The notes under the pieces: generated by a model
Databases searched by the model: none
What the model was told of the DNA's origin: nothing
The model's input: the letters and a program-made list of their open reading frames with translations, nothing else
Part shown: positions 1 to 11,300 of the stretch, piece by piece
Numbering within the stretch: the first letter of the stretch is position 1
How the letters are laid out: each line of letters starts with the position of its first letter
Translations under genes and position numbers: made by a program
Assembly (NCBI GenBank): GCA_000388065.2
Contig: KB932209.1
Origin: Fonticula alba ATCC 38817
Taxonomy: Eukaryota; Protista; Nucleariida
Length of the DNA stretch: 64,000 bases
Reading direction: 5' to 3' (one strand)

Positions 1-2305
1 CTGGTCGTGGCGGACATCCGCCATCCGGTCTTGCACTTCCCGCCCTCCCTGTACAACTGGGTGTCCGGTGTCATGAAGCGCCCTATTGTCCTGGTCCTGA
101 ATAAGGTGCGTCATGCCCTGTGCAAGTGCCGGGCAGAGGCAGGGAGGCGGGGGTCTTCCTCCTTTTCCTTCTTTCTTTTGCTCCTTTCCTTTCCTCCTTT
201 CCTTTCCTCCTTTCCTTTCCTCCTTTCCTTTCCTCCTTTCTTCCTTTCCTTTCCTCCTTTCTTCCTTTCCTTTCCTCCTTTCTTTCTTTCTCTTGCCTCC
301 CACATCACGCGGTCTCCTGCTGTGCCCTTTCTGACGCAGGGTCCCTGGGGGTTTCCTTTGGCCCGCCCCTGCCAGACGGACCTCGTTCCCCCCGAGGTGA
401 CCGATGCCTGGGTGGCGTACTTCAAGCAGCGCTTCCCGCTTGTCCATGTGTCGACTTTCACCTGCTACCCGGAGCTGAAGGACGCCGCGTCCATGGGATC
501 TGGTCAGGCACGCCGGACGCAGAATGCCTTCCGCCCGGCGGCCGGCGTGGGGGACCTATTCCGCGCCTGCCGCGATGTGAAGCTCCTCAAGCGCGGAGTC
601 CTGGTCGACTGGGACCAGCTGATTGCCAAGTATGATCGTCACCGCGCCGACGAGGACGATTCCGAAGATGATGAGATGCCGGCCGGCCTTACCGGGAGTG
701 CGTGAGGGCGTGTTTTTTTTTGTTTTTCCTCCCCCCGCTCTTCAAGTCTCCATGCGCGGCATTGCCCGGCACTGTTCATCAATTTGCATGTTCCTTCTTT
801 TAGGCATCATCTCCCAGTTGCCTGGGGCCCACCTCCTCGGCCTCTCTCTCTCTCTTGCCGCTTTGTGCATTATGTCCTCACCTCTTGCCTGTCCCCGTGT
901 CCTGTCTTTCTCTCCCCCCCCCTCTCCCCTCCTCTCTGCCTCCTGGCCATAGAGATGGCCAAGGCTCGGGTCGGGAAGAAGGGGCGCCATGCGGCAAGCC
1001 GCGAGCACGCCGCCGATGACGCCTCGGACGCGGAAGATCTGCCGGAGGATGCGACCCCCGAGGATGAGGAGGCCGAGGCCGTCACGGAGGGAATTTACAG
1101 CGGGGCCGATCCCCGGAGTGATATGATCACCATCGGCCTGGTGGGGCACCCGAATGTGGGGAAGTCCTCCATCGTCAATGGCATCCGCGGCAAGAAGGTG
1201 GTCAGCGCCTCAAAGACGCCGGGCCACACCAAGGTGCGCCGGCCGGCCGGGCCTCCCCGTGCATATGCCCCCTCGGCATGGTGGGTGGCAGCATCATGTT
1301 TACTCTGCCTCCCGGCTCGGAGCTAACCGCCGCATGTTGTCCACATGCCGCCGTCGACCGCTCGCGAGTAGCATTTCCAAACCATCCACCTGTCCAAGAC
1401 CGTGCGCCTGTGCGACAGCCCGGGGCTGGTGTTCCCGTCGAAGGTCAGCCGCGCGCACCAGATCCTCTCCGGTGTCTTCAACATCGCCCAGGTGAATGAG
1501 CCCTATTCGGTGGTGCAGTTCCTGGCCGAGCGTCTGCCCTTGCCGGAGATCCTGCGCCTGTCGCAGAAGGATCACCCAGCCTTCGTCCAGAGGGAGGAGG
1601 GCTCTCTCCTGCCGACTACCTTTGAGTGGACCGCCTGGGACCTGTGTGAAGGTGCGTGTGTGTGTGTGTGTGTGTGTATGGGGGGGTTGCCTCTCCGCCT
1701 CTCGGCCTCTGGCTTGCTCGCTCCGTGCCCCTCTCCGTGCCTTTCTCTCCTGTGTCCACGGGCCTGGCGTGTACTGATTCCCCTGCTCATGTGCCCGATC
1801 TTCCTCCGGGTCCCCCCTCTCCCCCCCCCCCCCCCCACACACAACCCAGCCTACGCCCACAAGCGCGGCTACATCAATGCCAAGTCCTCGCGGCCCGATG
1901 CCTACCGTGCTGGTGCGTCCGCTTCCCGGCCGTACCCATGTGTCGGTCTCTTGCTCTCTCGCTCCCGCCGCCCTCCTGGCTCTTGCGCTGACCCTTTTCC
2001 GCCGCACGCGTGCAGCCAACATGATCCTGCGCATGGCCTTTGATGGGCGTGAGCTGCTGTTGAGCTTCAAGCCGCCTGGCTTCTATGAGAGCCAGCCGGA
2101 CTTCGCGGACTTCGGCGATGACCTCGCCCAGCTGGCCGCACACGGCGGGCCGGACCAGGCTGAGAGTGCCGATGATCAGGACTTCTCCGATAGTGAGGCG
2201 GACACTTCCGACGAGGACCTTTCGGAAGATGACGAGGACGATGAGGACTATGAGGAGGATGAGGAGGAGGATGAGGAGGAGGATGAGGACGACGAGGAGG
2301 AGTAG
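1..2305 (+). CDS. GNL1: GNL1/HSR1-like circularly permuted large-subunit GTPase, 5'-truncated by the window edge; exons <1-105, 376-697, 953-1233, 1372-1651, 1850-1912, 2016-2305
   Basis: Phase-consistent GT-AG splicing joins DIRHP, G4 NK|TD, G1 GHPNVGKS, G2 SKTPGHTK and G3 DSPG in the permuted G4-G1-G3 order of the YlqF/YawG family. C-terminal AYAHKRGY...PDAYRAANMILR...LSFKPP and an acidic tail fit GNL1/LSG1-type proteins. Confidence 0.9.
160..292. repeat. Near-pure polypyrimidine tandem repeat (CCTTT subunits, ~21-nt CCTTTCCTTTCCTCCTTTCTT higher-order unit) inside GNL1 intron 106-375
   Basis: Read directly from the sequence; reads through as FLSFPPF repeats in the ORF track. Confidence 0.85.
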
Positions 2306-3122
2306 TGTGCCTTGGCTGTGCCTGCACTCCTGTTCCACTTCTGCCTCTCTCTCTCTCTCTCTCTGTCTCTCTCCCTCTCGTTGCAGATATGCCCCTTTTC
2401 TGTGGCCAGGAGGCCAGACACTGATCCAGCATGATACACACGCGTCTTTTGCCCTGGTGTGAGTTGTTTTCCTTCGGGCGAGGGCTGTTGCGGCCGCGGT
2501 TTCGCCCGGGCTGGCAGGGCTCCCGGGTTTTCGGCCGGCCCACAAGGAGCCGGAGCAAGACACACGGGCGGGGAGATGGACGGGAACATGCTGAGATGCC
2601 AGAGGGCCATTCATTTCCATCGGGCGCGAGGCAGTCAATTCGGCTGACAACGCGCCTTGCCTCCTCCCGCCCTCGCGCCTCCCTGCGGGCGGGCGCACAT
2701 CCCAGCCCGGCCGCCATGTACCTGGGCCCCCCTCCCCCTGGCGCAGGGTCCAGACTCCGGGGGAGGTCCCCACGCACCCGGTAAACCATCCCAGGTTGGG
2801 GCACACCACCTTGGGCGGAGGCCTGAGGGCGGGGGCAGGGGGTGGGGGCGGGGGGGGGGAGGGGAGCGGCCGCCCCGGATGCGAAGAGGTCTCCGCACAC
2901 CTGGCGTGCGTTCGGGGCTCATCTGTGCCAGCGCCAGGTCTTCACCTCCGAACGAGTGTTCTGGGCCGTGGCCCTCCCCACATGTGCGGAACGCTCACGG
3001 GAAGGGTGTCCGCCTCGGGGCATCTGCCGGCAAGAATGCGGCGACCGACGCCATACGGGCGCCGTACATGGCGAATTCCCGGTTCCCCCGGCCCCATCTC
3101 ACCGGAAATACCTGCTGCTTGC

Positions 3123-3163
<41 letters not shown>

Positions 3164-3748
3164 GCGTGTGTGTGTGTCCCGCTCCCTCCCCTTTTTTTCT
3201 TGCCTGTTGCGAACTTGTCCGCCCGCCCTCACGCGCTACATGCACAGTCCGCGCTGGGGTGGACGAACAAGGGGGCTCGGGGGGGGAGATTGATATGCCC
3301 CTCGGCCGGTGCCCGGCATTTATTATTTCTTCCCCCCCACCCCCCCAGCCGGGGGTGCTGGTTGACATACCATGGACCGCTTTTGAGAGGCTTGGTCGCG
3401 ATCTCGGGCCTCATTTTCGGCAGCGCGGCGAGAACCCGGCAGGGGGGCGGGGGCGGGGGCGGGGCTAGATTCCAGGCGCTCAAAGGCGGTGAGGGGCGCG
3501 GTGCGGCTGCGGGAGGGATGAAGAGGGAGCTAGAGAGTGTCTCTTTCCCTCTACACGCGCCATGGCAGGCGCGTTTACGGGCAGAAGGCGGCGCGAAAAA
3601 AAAAAAAAAACAATAATACAAACACCCGGCCGGACATTCTCCGCCTGTAGGAGGGCGGCCAGGCTCGCCGGCGCCGCGGGCCAGGTTTGGGCCCATCGCC
3701 TGGCGGATGGAGGTCCTCCCCCCAAAGCCCGTGGGTGCGACCGGAAAG

Positions 3749-3784
<36 letters not shown>

Positions 3785-4612
3785 GGGTGGGGAACAGAGG
3801 GACCCCTCCCCAGACAGGTCCCGGGCCAGGGAGAGGTGCTCCCCGGATCAGGGGTGAATTCCACCGGCCCCAGCCCCGCCAGGCACCAGGGCGTGCAGAT
3901 GCCTCTGCACATGAAAGGGGTGACCGGGGAAGGGGGGGGGGGGGCGGGGCGGGGGGCTCGGGCGAGCGCGTCCGACATGCTGTGTCCATGGATCTCGTTG
4001 CGTCCCGGCCCGCGCTGGACCCCGGAGCCCCGCCGCCGCCCCAAGGCCGACGCCCGGGGTGATGTTGCACTTTGGTGCGTGCGATCTGCCCCCGTTTCCC
4101 CACGACCTGGCCGCCCGGGGGAGTTCCAGCGGGGGGGTGGGGCAGGGGCCGGGCGAGCACCCTCCTCATGCGCCGGGAGTCGGGCAATGTTGGGCTCTCG
4201 CCGGTCTGCAAATGGCCCGCAGGAGGGGGTATGCTCGCCGCGCCCCCCTTTCGCCCCGATGTACCGAGGTGTCCCCCCCTCCGGCGGCTGGCCAGCGTCC
4301 CCGGCCCCCTGGCACTCTCTCCACCCTCCCGCTCTCCTGGCGGATGTCGGTGGCCCTGGGTTCAAGGGGATCGTAGGCCACCTCCCCCAGGCCGGCCGAC
4401 CTGGCACTCGCCACATCGCTCCTCTGGCACTTTTGATCTCCCGCCCGCCCGCCCACGAACATTTGCTTTTCTCCCCCTCCCCCCCCCCCCTCCCCTCCCT
4501 TCTCCAGTCTCGTGGCCCGTCTGTTTTCTTCCCCCCCCCCCCTCTCTTCGCCCTCTGAACTCCCGTGCCTGGCGCCCTGTGCGCGCATTCCCCCCCTCGA
4601 CTCGACAACGAG

Positions 4613-4759
4613 ATGGCACGGCGACTCTCCACTGTCAGTCAGCCTGTCTACCAGGAGAAGGGCGATGTTGTTATTCCCTTTGATGTACGCCACGCGCCTG
4701 CTCCTTTCCCTTTTTCCACCCCATCAATCAACTGACTTCTTTTCCCTCCCCCCCCCCCC

Positions 4760-4791
<32 letters not shown>

Positions 4792-6828
4792 TCACTCGCA
4801 CTCTGTCTCCAGCGCTCCAACATCCTCAAGTCCGGCGTCATGGTCAAGCAGGGTGGAGGCCACCGCGACGCCAACTCCAGCTCCATGATCCGCGCTCTCG
4901 TCAAGAAGGTATTCCCACTCCCTCCCTCTGCGTCACCTGGGGCCCCATGCCGAGCATTTCCTGGCTGGCTCTGCCTTTTGGCCTGCATTCCCCCCTTCGC
5001 TCTCTTACACCCCTCCCCCCCCCCTCCTCCCCCTCCCGCTTGCTGTTCCTTTGCCCCCTTCTCCACGGCTCAGTCATGGAAGAAGCGCTACTTCCAGTTT
5101 GATGGCAACTTCCTGGTGTACTATCGGTCTGGCACCGACACCAAGGCCGTCGGCTTCTTCGATCTGAGCTCTTCCTATCGTGTCTTGGATGGCGATGCCA
5201 AGCACGGGATGGTACCTTGCCGATGCTCTGCCCGCGGAATTTTGCCACTCCCCCCCTCCCCCCCCCCCTCTTCCGGCTTCCCTTTCCGGCCCCTGCCTAT
5301 TCCTGCCTTGCGCCTGTGCTCACCCTTCCGCTGCGTTTCGCCCTTCCCTCTCCTGGGCCGCCGCAGACCAATTGCTTCGAAATCGACACCGGCACCAATG
5401 TCTTTGTCCTGCAGACGCTCTCGTCTCAGGATAAGATCGATTGGATGACGCTGCTCATCCACTCGGAGGCCGACCGCAAAACCATGCAGGCCTATTCCGA
5501 GCGCACGCGCAAGGACTCCCTGGTGGTGGACGACGCCGCCTCGGCGGTGCTGCCTTCCTCGGCCTCGTCGATATCCCTGGCGAGCATGGGGGCCTCATCG
5601 CCGGCCGGCCCCGGGAGTCACTCCCGCACGGCCTCGGCCATGACTTCGCGCTCCAGCTTCGACCACTCGGACAATTCCGACTCCGGGTCGATCCTGCTGG
5701 CCTCCGACTCGGCTTCCATCTACTCGGTCTCCGCGGCGCCGGCCATGTCACTGATTCTGGCTGTACGTGTGCTGCCCATGCCCCAAGCAGATGGCCGTCC
5801 GCCCTTTTGCCAGCCTCCCCATCAACTGACCTGTTGCCACTTCCCCCGCTCTGCCCGGATCTCGTGCACAGGAATCGACGCTCATCTCCCAGCTGTACAA
5901 GACCGGTGGAAGCACTCACAAGTACAAGGTAGGCATGTCCTCTTCTTGCGCCCGCGGCTGTGCTCCCTCTCCGCCCGCTCCCCATCCACTGACACGGATC
6001 CTTGGGTGCTTCTTTCTCCCTGGCTTTTCACCTCCGGAAGCTCTGGCGCCGGCGTTGGTTTGCCCTCTATCGCCAGAGTGTGTATTACTTCAAAAAGCTC
6101 GACGTGCGTGTCCCCCCCCTTTTCCCCCCCCCCCCCCCCCCCCCCCCCCTGCCGCCCTTTTGCTGCCCATTTTGCTGACGGAAACCCCTCCACACCGCGG
6201 CTGTGGCTTGGCGCAGTCTGCCTCCCCGTCGGGAGTCATCCACCTTGAGCAGTATTCCGCTGTGCGGGAAGTCCCCGCTAGCCAGGGCAACGGCCCGGCT
6301 GGTGCCTTCTACTTTGACATCATCCTCCCGAAGCGCGTGTACCACTGCTACGCCGACACGGCCGAGGACCGCGCCCGATGGATCGAGGCCATCAGTCGCG
6401 CCATTTCTCAGGTAGGTGAATCTTCCTTCCACCGGGCTGGCTTGACGACCTCCACCCGGTCGCTCAGCGAGTCTTCCTTCTCCTCGGCCTCCTCCTCCTG
6501 CTCGTCGCTCTCGCAGCTGGCGGCCACTGGTGACACGGGCGGCAGCGGTGCTGCCATGGCGGCCGGTGACGACGCCGTGAAGGCGGCTCCCAAAGAGGCG
6601 GCCGACAGCCCGGCCTCCTCCATCGATGTTCTGTCCACTTTGTTGGACAGCCTGGCTGCCTCGGGCGAGGGGGCCCCAGCCGAGACGGCCCCGGCCCCGG
6701 CCCCGGCCTCGGCTTCGGCTTCGGCTCCGGCCCAGGCCCAGGCCCCGGCCATGTCCGCGGCTCCCCCCTCGGTTGATGATGCTCTGCTGCAGATGGAAAA
6801 GATGCTCAATGACCTGCACGCTTCGTGA
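4613..6828 (+). CDS. Tandem PH-domain protein (pleckstrin/TAPP-like layout); exons 4613-4684, 4813-4908, 5074-5211, 5367-5762, 5872-5928, 6041-6103, 6217-6828
   Basis: PH1: ILKSGVMVKQG...SWKKRYFQFDGNFLVYY...CFEIDTGTNVFVLQ...KIDWM. PH2: LYKTGGSTHKYK|LWRRRWFALYRQSVYYFK|...FYFDIILPKRVYHCYADTAEDRARWIEAI. All junctions are phase 0 and GT-AG. Confidence 0.85.
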
Positions 6829-8369
6829 ATGGGGGCGGTTGTGGCTTCTTCCTGTCTCCCTCTCTCCCCTCCTCCTCCCTCTCCTTCCCCCTTTTTCAGC
6901 CCCATCCTCCCCCCCCCCCNNNNNNNNNNNNNNNNNNNNNNNNNNNNNNNNNNNNNNNNNNNNNNNNNNNNNNNNNNNNNNNNNNNNNNNNNNNNNNNNN
7001 NNNNNNNNNNNNNNNNNNNNNNNNNNNNNNNNNNNNNNNNNNNNNNNNNNNNNNNNNNNNNNNNNNNNNNNNNNNNNNNNNNNNNNNNNNNNNNNNNNNN
7101 NNNNNNNNNNNNNNNNNNNNNNNNNNNNNNNNNNNNNNNNNNNNNNNNNNNNNNNNNNNNNNNNNNNNNNNNNNNNNNNNNNNNNNNNNNNNNNNNNNNN
7201 NNNNNNNNNNNNNNNNNNNNNNNNNNNNNNNNNNNNNNNNNNNNNNNNNNNNNNNNNNNNNNNNNNNNNNNNNNNNNNNNNNNNNNNNNNNNNNNNNNNN
7301 NNNNNNNNNNNNNNNNNNNNNNNNNNNNNNNNNNNNNNNNNNNNNNNNNNNNNNNNNNNNNNNNNNNNNNNNNNNNNNNNNNNNNNNNNNNNNNNNNNNN
7401 NNNNNNNNNNNNNNNNNNNNNNNNNNNNNNNNNNNNNNNNNNNNNNNNNNNNNNNNNNNNNNNNNNNNNNNNNNNNNNNNNNNNNNNNNTCCCTCCCCCC
7501 CCTTTCACTCACGCCCTCGCCCCTCCTTTTCCGCAGCTTCCCCAGCCGGGGTCATCCTTCATGGCAATATACTCAGACCTACCCGCCCCATTCTCACCCC
7601 TCCTCACACACACACACATACAACCCTTCCCCTTCGACAGCTACTCTGTCTCCAGGTGCATGCATGTGGGGGCCTTTCACCCCACCCAACCACACGCGGA
7701 GTGACAGACGTCCAAGGGGCTTGGTGTTTCATCCCCCTGCACGCTGTGTGGCCATTGTCTCCCGCCTCTGTCCTCCGATGGGCGTGCCCATGTCAGCGCG
7801 CATGAGGGGGGGGGGGGGGAGCGGGAACACGCCAAGAGGGCAAGGAGAAGGGGGTCGGGCAAGGAGAAGGGGAGGTGCTGGCGCACGGTCCTGCGTGCTT
7901 GTGTGTCTGTGTGGTTGCCCAGAGTGCCGTGTGTTTCCCCGAGTATTTGTGCCCTTAGTCCCTCCCTGTCAACGGGTGCCTGCCCCGGGATGCGTGCTGC
8001 CTGCCCGTGTTCTTGAAGACCCCCCCCCCGGGAAGAGGGGGGCAACCAGGTGGCTGTTTCTTGGGTGTTTTTTTTTCTCGGTGAATGTGGTCCCGAGAGT
8101 TGAGTTGGTTCCCCCCCTCCCCACGCGTTCTGTGTCGTCTGCTGCCGCCGTGTCACCGCCTGCTCCTCGGCACTGCCGCCTGGGCCGCCATTCGGCCCCC
8201 GTGTCGCGCCTTTTCCCCCCTCCCCCACCCCCCTCGCTCTCTCTCCTCCTGGGCCGCATCCCTTTCTAACGCCAACGCCGGCCGTGTCTCGCACCCTTGC
8301 GCTGCTGCACCGGGCATCTCCCCCACACCCATCGCGTTGGTCCCGCCCTGTCCCCTCCCCACGCCACAG

Positions 8370-11300
8370 GCTATCAGCTCCAGCCTCGGCTCGACTGGGT
8401 CTCGGGGAGCAGGTTCCCCGCTGGCCCGAGGCTCGGTCATCGTGTCGTCCGAATGCCCGGAGCCTGTGCAGCTGCCCCCGGCCGCCGCCCCGGCGGACCT
8501 GCTGGCCACCGGCTCCACCGGTAGCCTCGACCCTCTGGAAGGGGGCGTCGATGAGGACTGCGAAACCCGCTCGGAGCTCTCCGCCACCACCGACTCCGAA
8601 CCCGAGCACGCATCCGAATCCCAGATCGCGTCCGATTCCGACTCCGACTCCGACTCCGACTCTGACTTTGACTCCGACAGCGAGTCCGACCCCGGGCCCG
8701 AGGCCGACCTGGGCGGCCTCGGCGAGGCAGAGCCTGGTGCCATGCCACCCTGTTTGCCCCCTGCCCCGGTGGCCATGGCCCCGTCAGCCCAGCCGCCAGA
8801 TGTGCCTCCCGCTGCCGCCATCCCGCTGCCGGCGCCATTGCTACCGGCGCCACTGGTCGCGGAGATGCCTGTTTCCGAATCGCGTCCTCTCTCGGAGGTG
8901 GGCGCCTCCTGCATGGGAGTGGCCCCGGCCGAGGGATTGTCACCCAAGCACGCTCTTCCCCCGCCTCTGGAGACGGCCCCCGGCCCGGCGTCTTCCCTGT
9001 CATCTCCTCCCCCGCCGGCACTGGCCCCCGCCTCTCTCCCTTCATCTCTCGGGCCTGAGTCGACAACTGGACCTCTGCCAGCAGGCGCGAGTGCCGCGCC
9101 CCTGGCCCAGAACACCCTGCCGTCGGCCACCCCGGCCACCCCCCCTCCATCGACCATGCAACTCGTCAAGGATCATGAGCAACTCTCTCGGACCCTCTCT
9201 TCCCGGAGGCCGACGCCCCGTACGCTCCCTCCCCCGCTCGTCTTTCCATGCTCTCCCTCGCTGTCCCTCAGTCTCGCAAGGTGCCCTTCCATTGCACGTC
9301 ATAGGAAGCAACTCACCTCGACGCCTCGCTTCCCCTCCTTTCCCTCCGCCACCGCCACACGCAAACATATGCACCTGCCCATCCCGCTCTCGTCCCTCCC
9401 TCTGCCCCTGGAGGCAGGCCGTTCCAACACGGCTGCCCGGCCGGCCCTTTTCCAAAGCACCCCCAATGAGCAGGAGGCCGGCTTCCAGCTCCCCTACTCC
9501 CGGTCATGTCCCTGCTGCCGGTCAGGGGCGCCGTGCACCGCCTGCATCGAGGTGAGCCCCTTCGCCCAGCGTGGGAGCTTCCGCCTGGACTCCGGAGCCA
9601 GCATGCTGGCTGACCCCTCGCTTCCCGGGGAGTCATGTCCGTCGTGCATGCAATCGGCAGCCGCCGTCGCCGCTGCCGTTGCCGCCGCCACCACCAGTGG
9701 CAGTGCCCTTTCGGGTGGGTGTCTTTCCGATCACTCGGGGACACTGATGCCGGACCTTCACACCCCGGATCCGCCGGAGGCCAATGGCCTATCCTCGGGG
9801 GTCTACACCGGCCCCGCCTCGTTGGACGAATGCCTGATGGCCCCGAGCACCTTCCCCAGTGAATGCGACCTCCCGACGGAATTCTCCCCCTCCATCCGGG
9901 CCACCAGGCGGCCAAATTCCTCCACCGCCGCCGAGGACAAGCGCCACACTGTGGCCGCCATCACGGCCACCCTCTTCCGGCAGGACTGTCCGGCTTCCAA
10001 GCTGATGAAGCGCTACTCGCAGCTCCTGGGCAAGGACTACCTCCGGAGCGTGCTGCGAGTGCCGGTGCTGACCATTTGCAACGGCCCCCCTATCGAGGTA
10101 CGATCAGCCCCATCACGACCTTACATGTGTGTCTGTGGGTCAGGGGAGGGGGGGGGGGGGGGCGGGGAGGGACGCCAGAGCATTCCTCTTTTGCCTCATC
10201 GCCTCTGGCCCTCGTGAACGGGTGGGAGGAGGATGACACGCCGGGCCGACGCACGTCGCTCACTTTCCTGCCTCTCTGCTTTGCCTTTCTCCTTTCTTTC
10301 GGGGCCGGGGGCATCTTTGCCATCTCCCCTTCGCGGCCCGCGTCCGGCGACTGGCCATGCATCTGCCAGATCGACCCCGCGCGCTTGCGGCCTGGAATGT
10401 GTCTACGTGCGGGACAGGCGCGGCTGGAGTCCGCCTGCATGTCGCTCCTGTCGGCCATCTTCTCCTCGCGGCTCATGATGCCCGGGGAAATCCAGCGTCT
10501 GTGCTTCTCGCTCTTTTCGGCGGCCGAGCGGCAGTTCGACCTGACCACCGCACTGCAAGCCCTCGGCGGGTATCTCTTCTTGCGCTTCTTCTGCCCGGCC
10601 ATCGTGCAGCCCCAGTCGCATGGGATTTGCCAGGCGTCCGAGTGCTCAAGCCCCGGGGCCCTGCGCAGCTTGGTCCTCGTCACCAAGGTCCTCCAGAACC
10701 TGGCCAACAATGTGGACTTCGGTCACAAGGAGGCCTTCATGACGCCGACCAATACCTTCCTGGCGCAAATGCGCCTGCATTTGGTGGAGTACCTGGTTAG
10801 CTTTGCCGATGGCGCGTCCTTCCGAGCGGAGGCCTTGGCGGCGGTGCGCCCCGGCCCGGCCGGCTCGCGCCCTGGCACCATGCTCTCCGGGGTGCTGGAT
10901 ATCCCGGCGTCCGATTTGCCCAGCCCGCTGAGTGATGCGCCCGACTCGCCGACGCCCGATTTCGGAGATGGCACTCTGTCGAATTCCGGCCCCGGCCTCG
11001 GGCTGGATCTCGGGCCCGGTTCCGGGGCCGGGGTCAATCTCGACACCGGCCACACCGGCAGCTGTGGCAACGGTCGCACGAGCCTTTCGGCTCCTCGGTC
11101 AGCCGGGCCGCCCCTGGTGGCGGCGGCTGGCCGCATGTCCTCTTCGCCATCCGGAGGCAGCCCCCTCGGTCGGACGGCCAGCTTGCCATCGGTCGTTCCG
11201 CCGGAGGATCAGGCCTCGGGCGGGCCGCTCGGCGGGTCGGCCTCCTGGACGGTATCCTGCCACGATGGCAGCCCCTGTGGCGGGTGCATCTCGCCCGGGG

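Noticed and set aside
2300-2462. Possible extra GNL1 exon via a GTAGTG donor at the stop codon and a TTGCAG acceptor near 2387
   Set aside because: The donor is atypical for this genome, the acidic tail already ends naturally at TAG 2303-2305, and the added peptide has no support.
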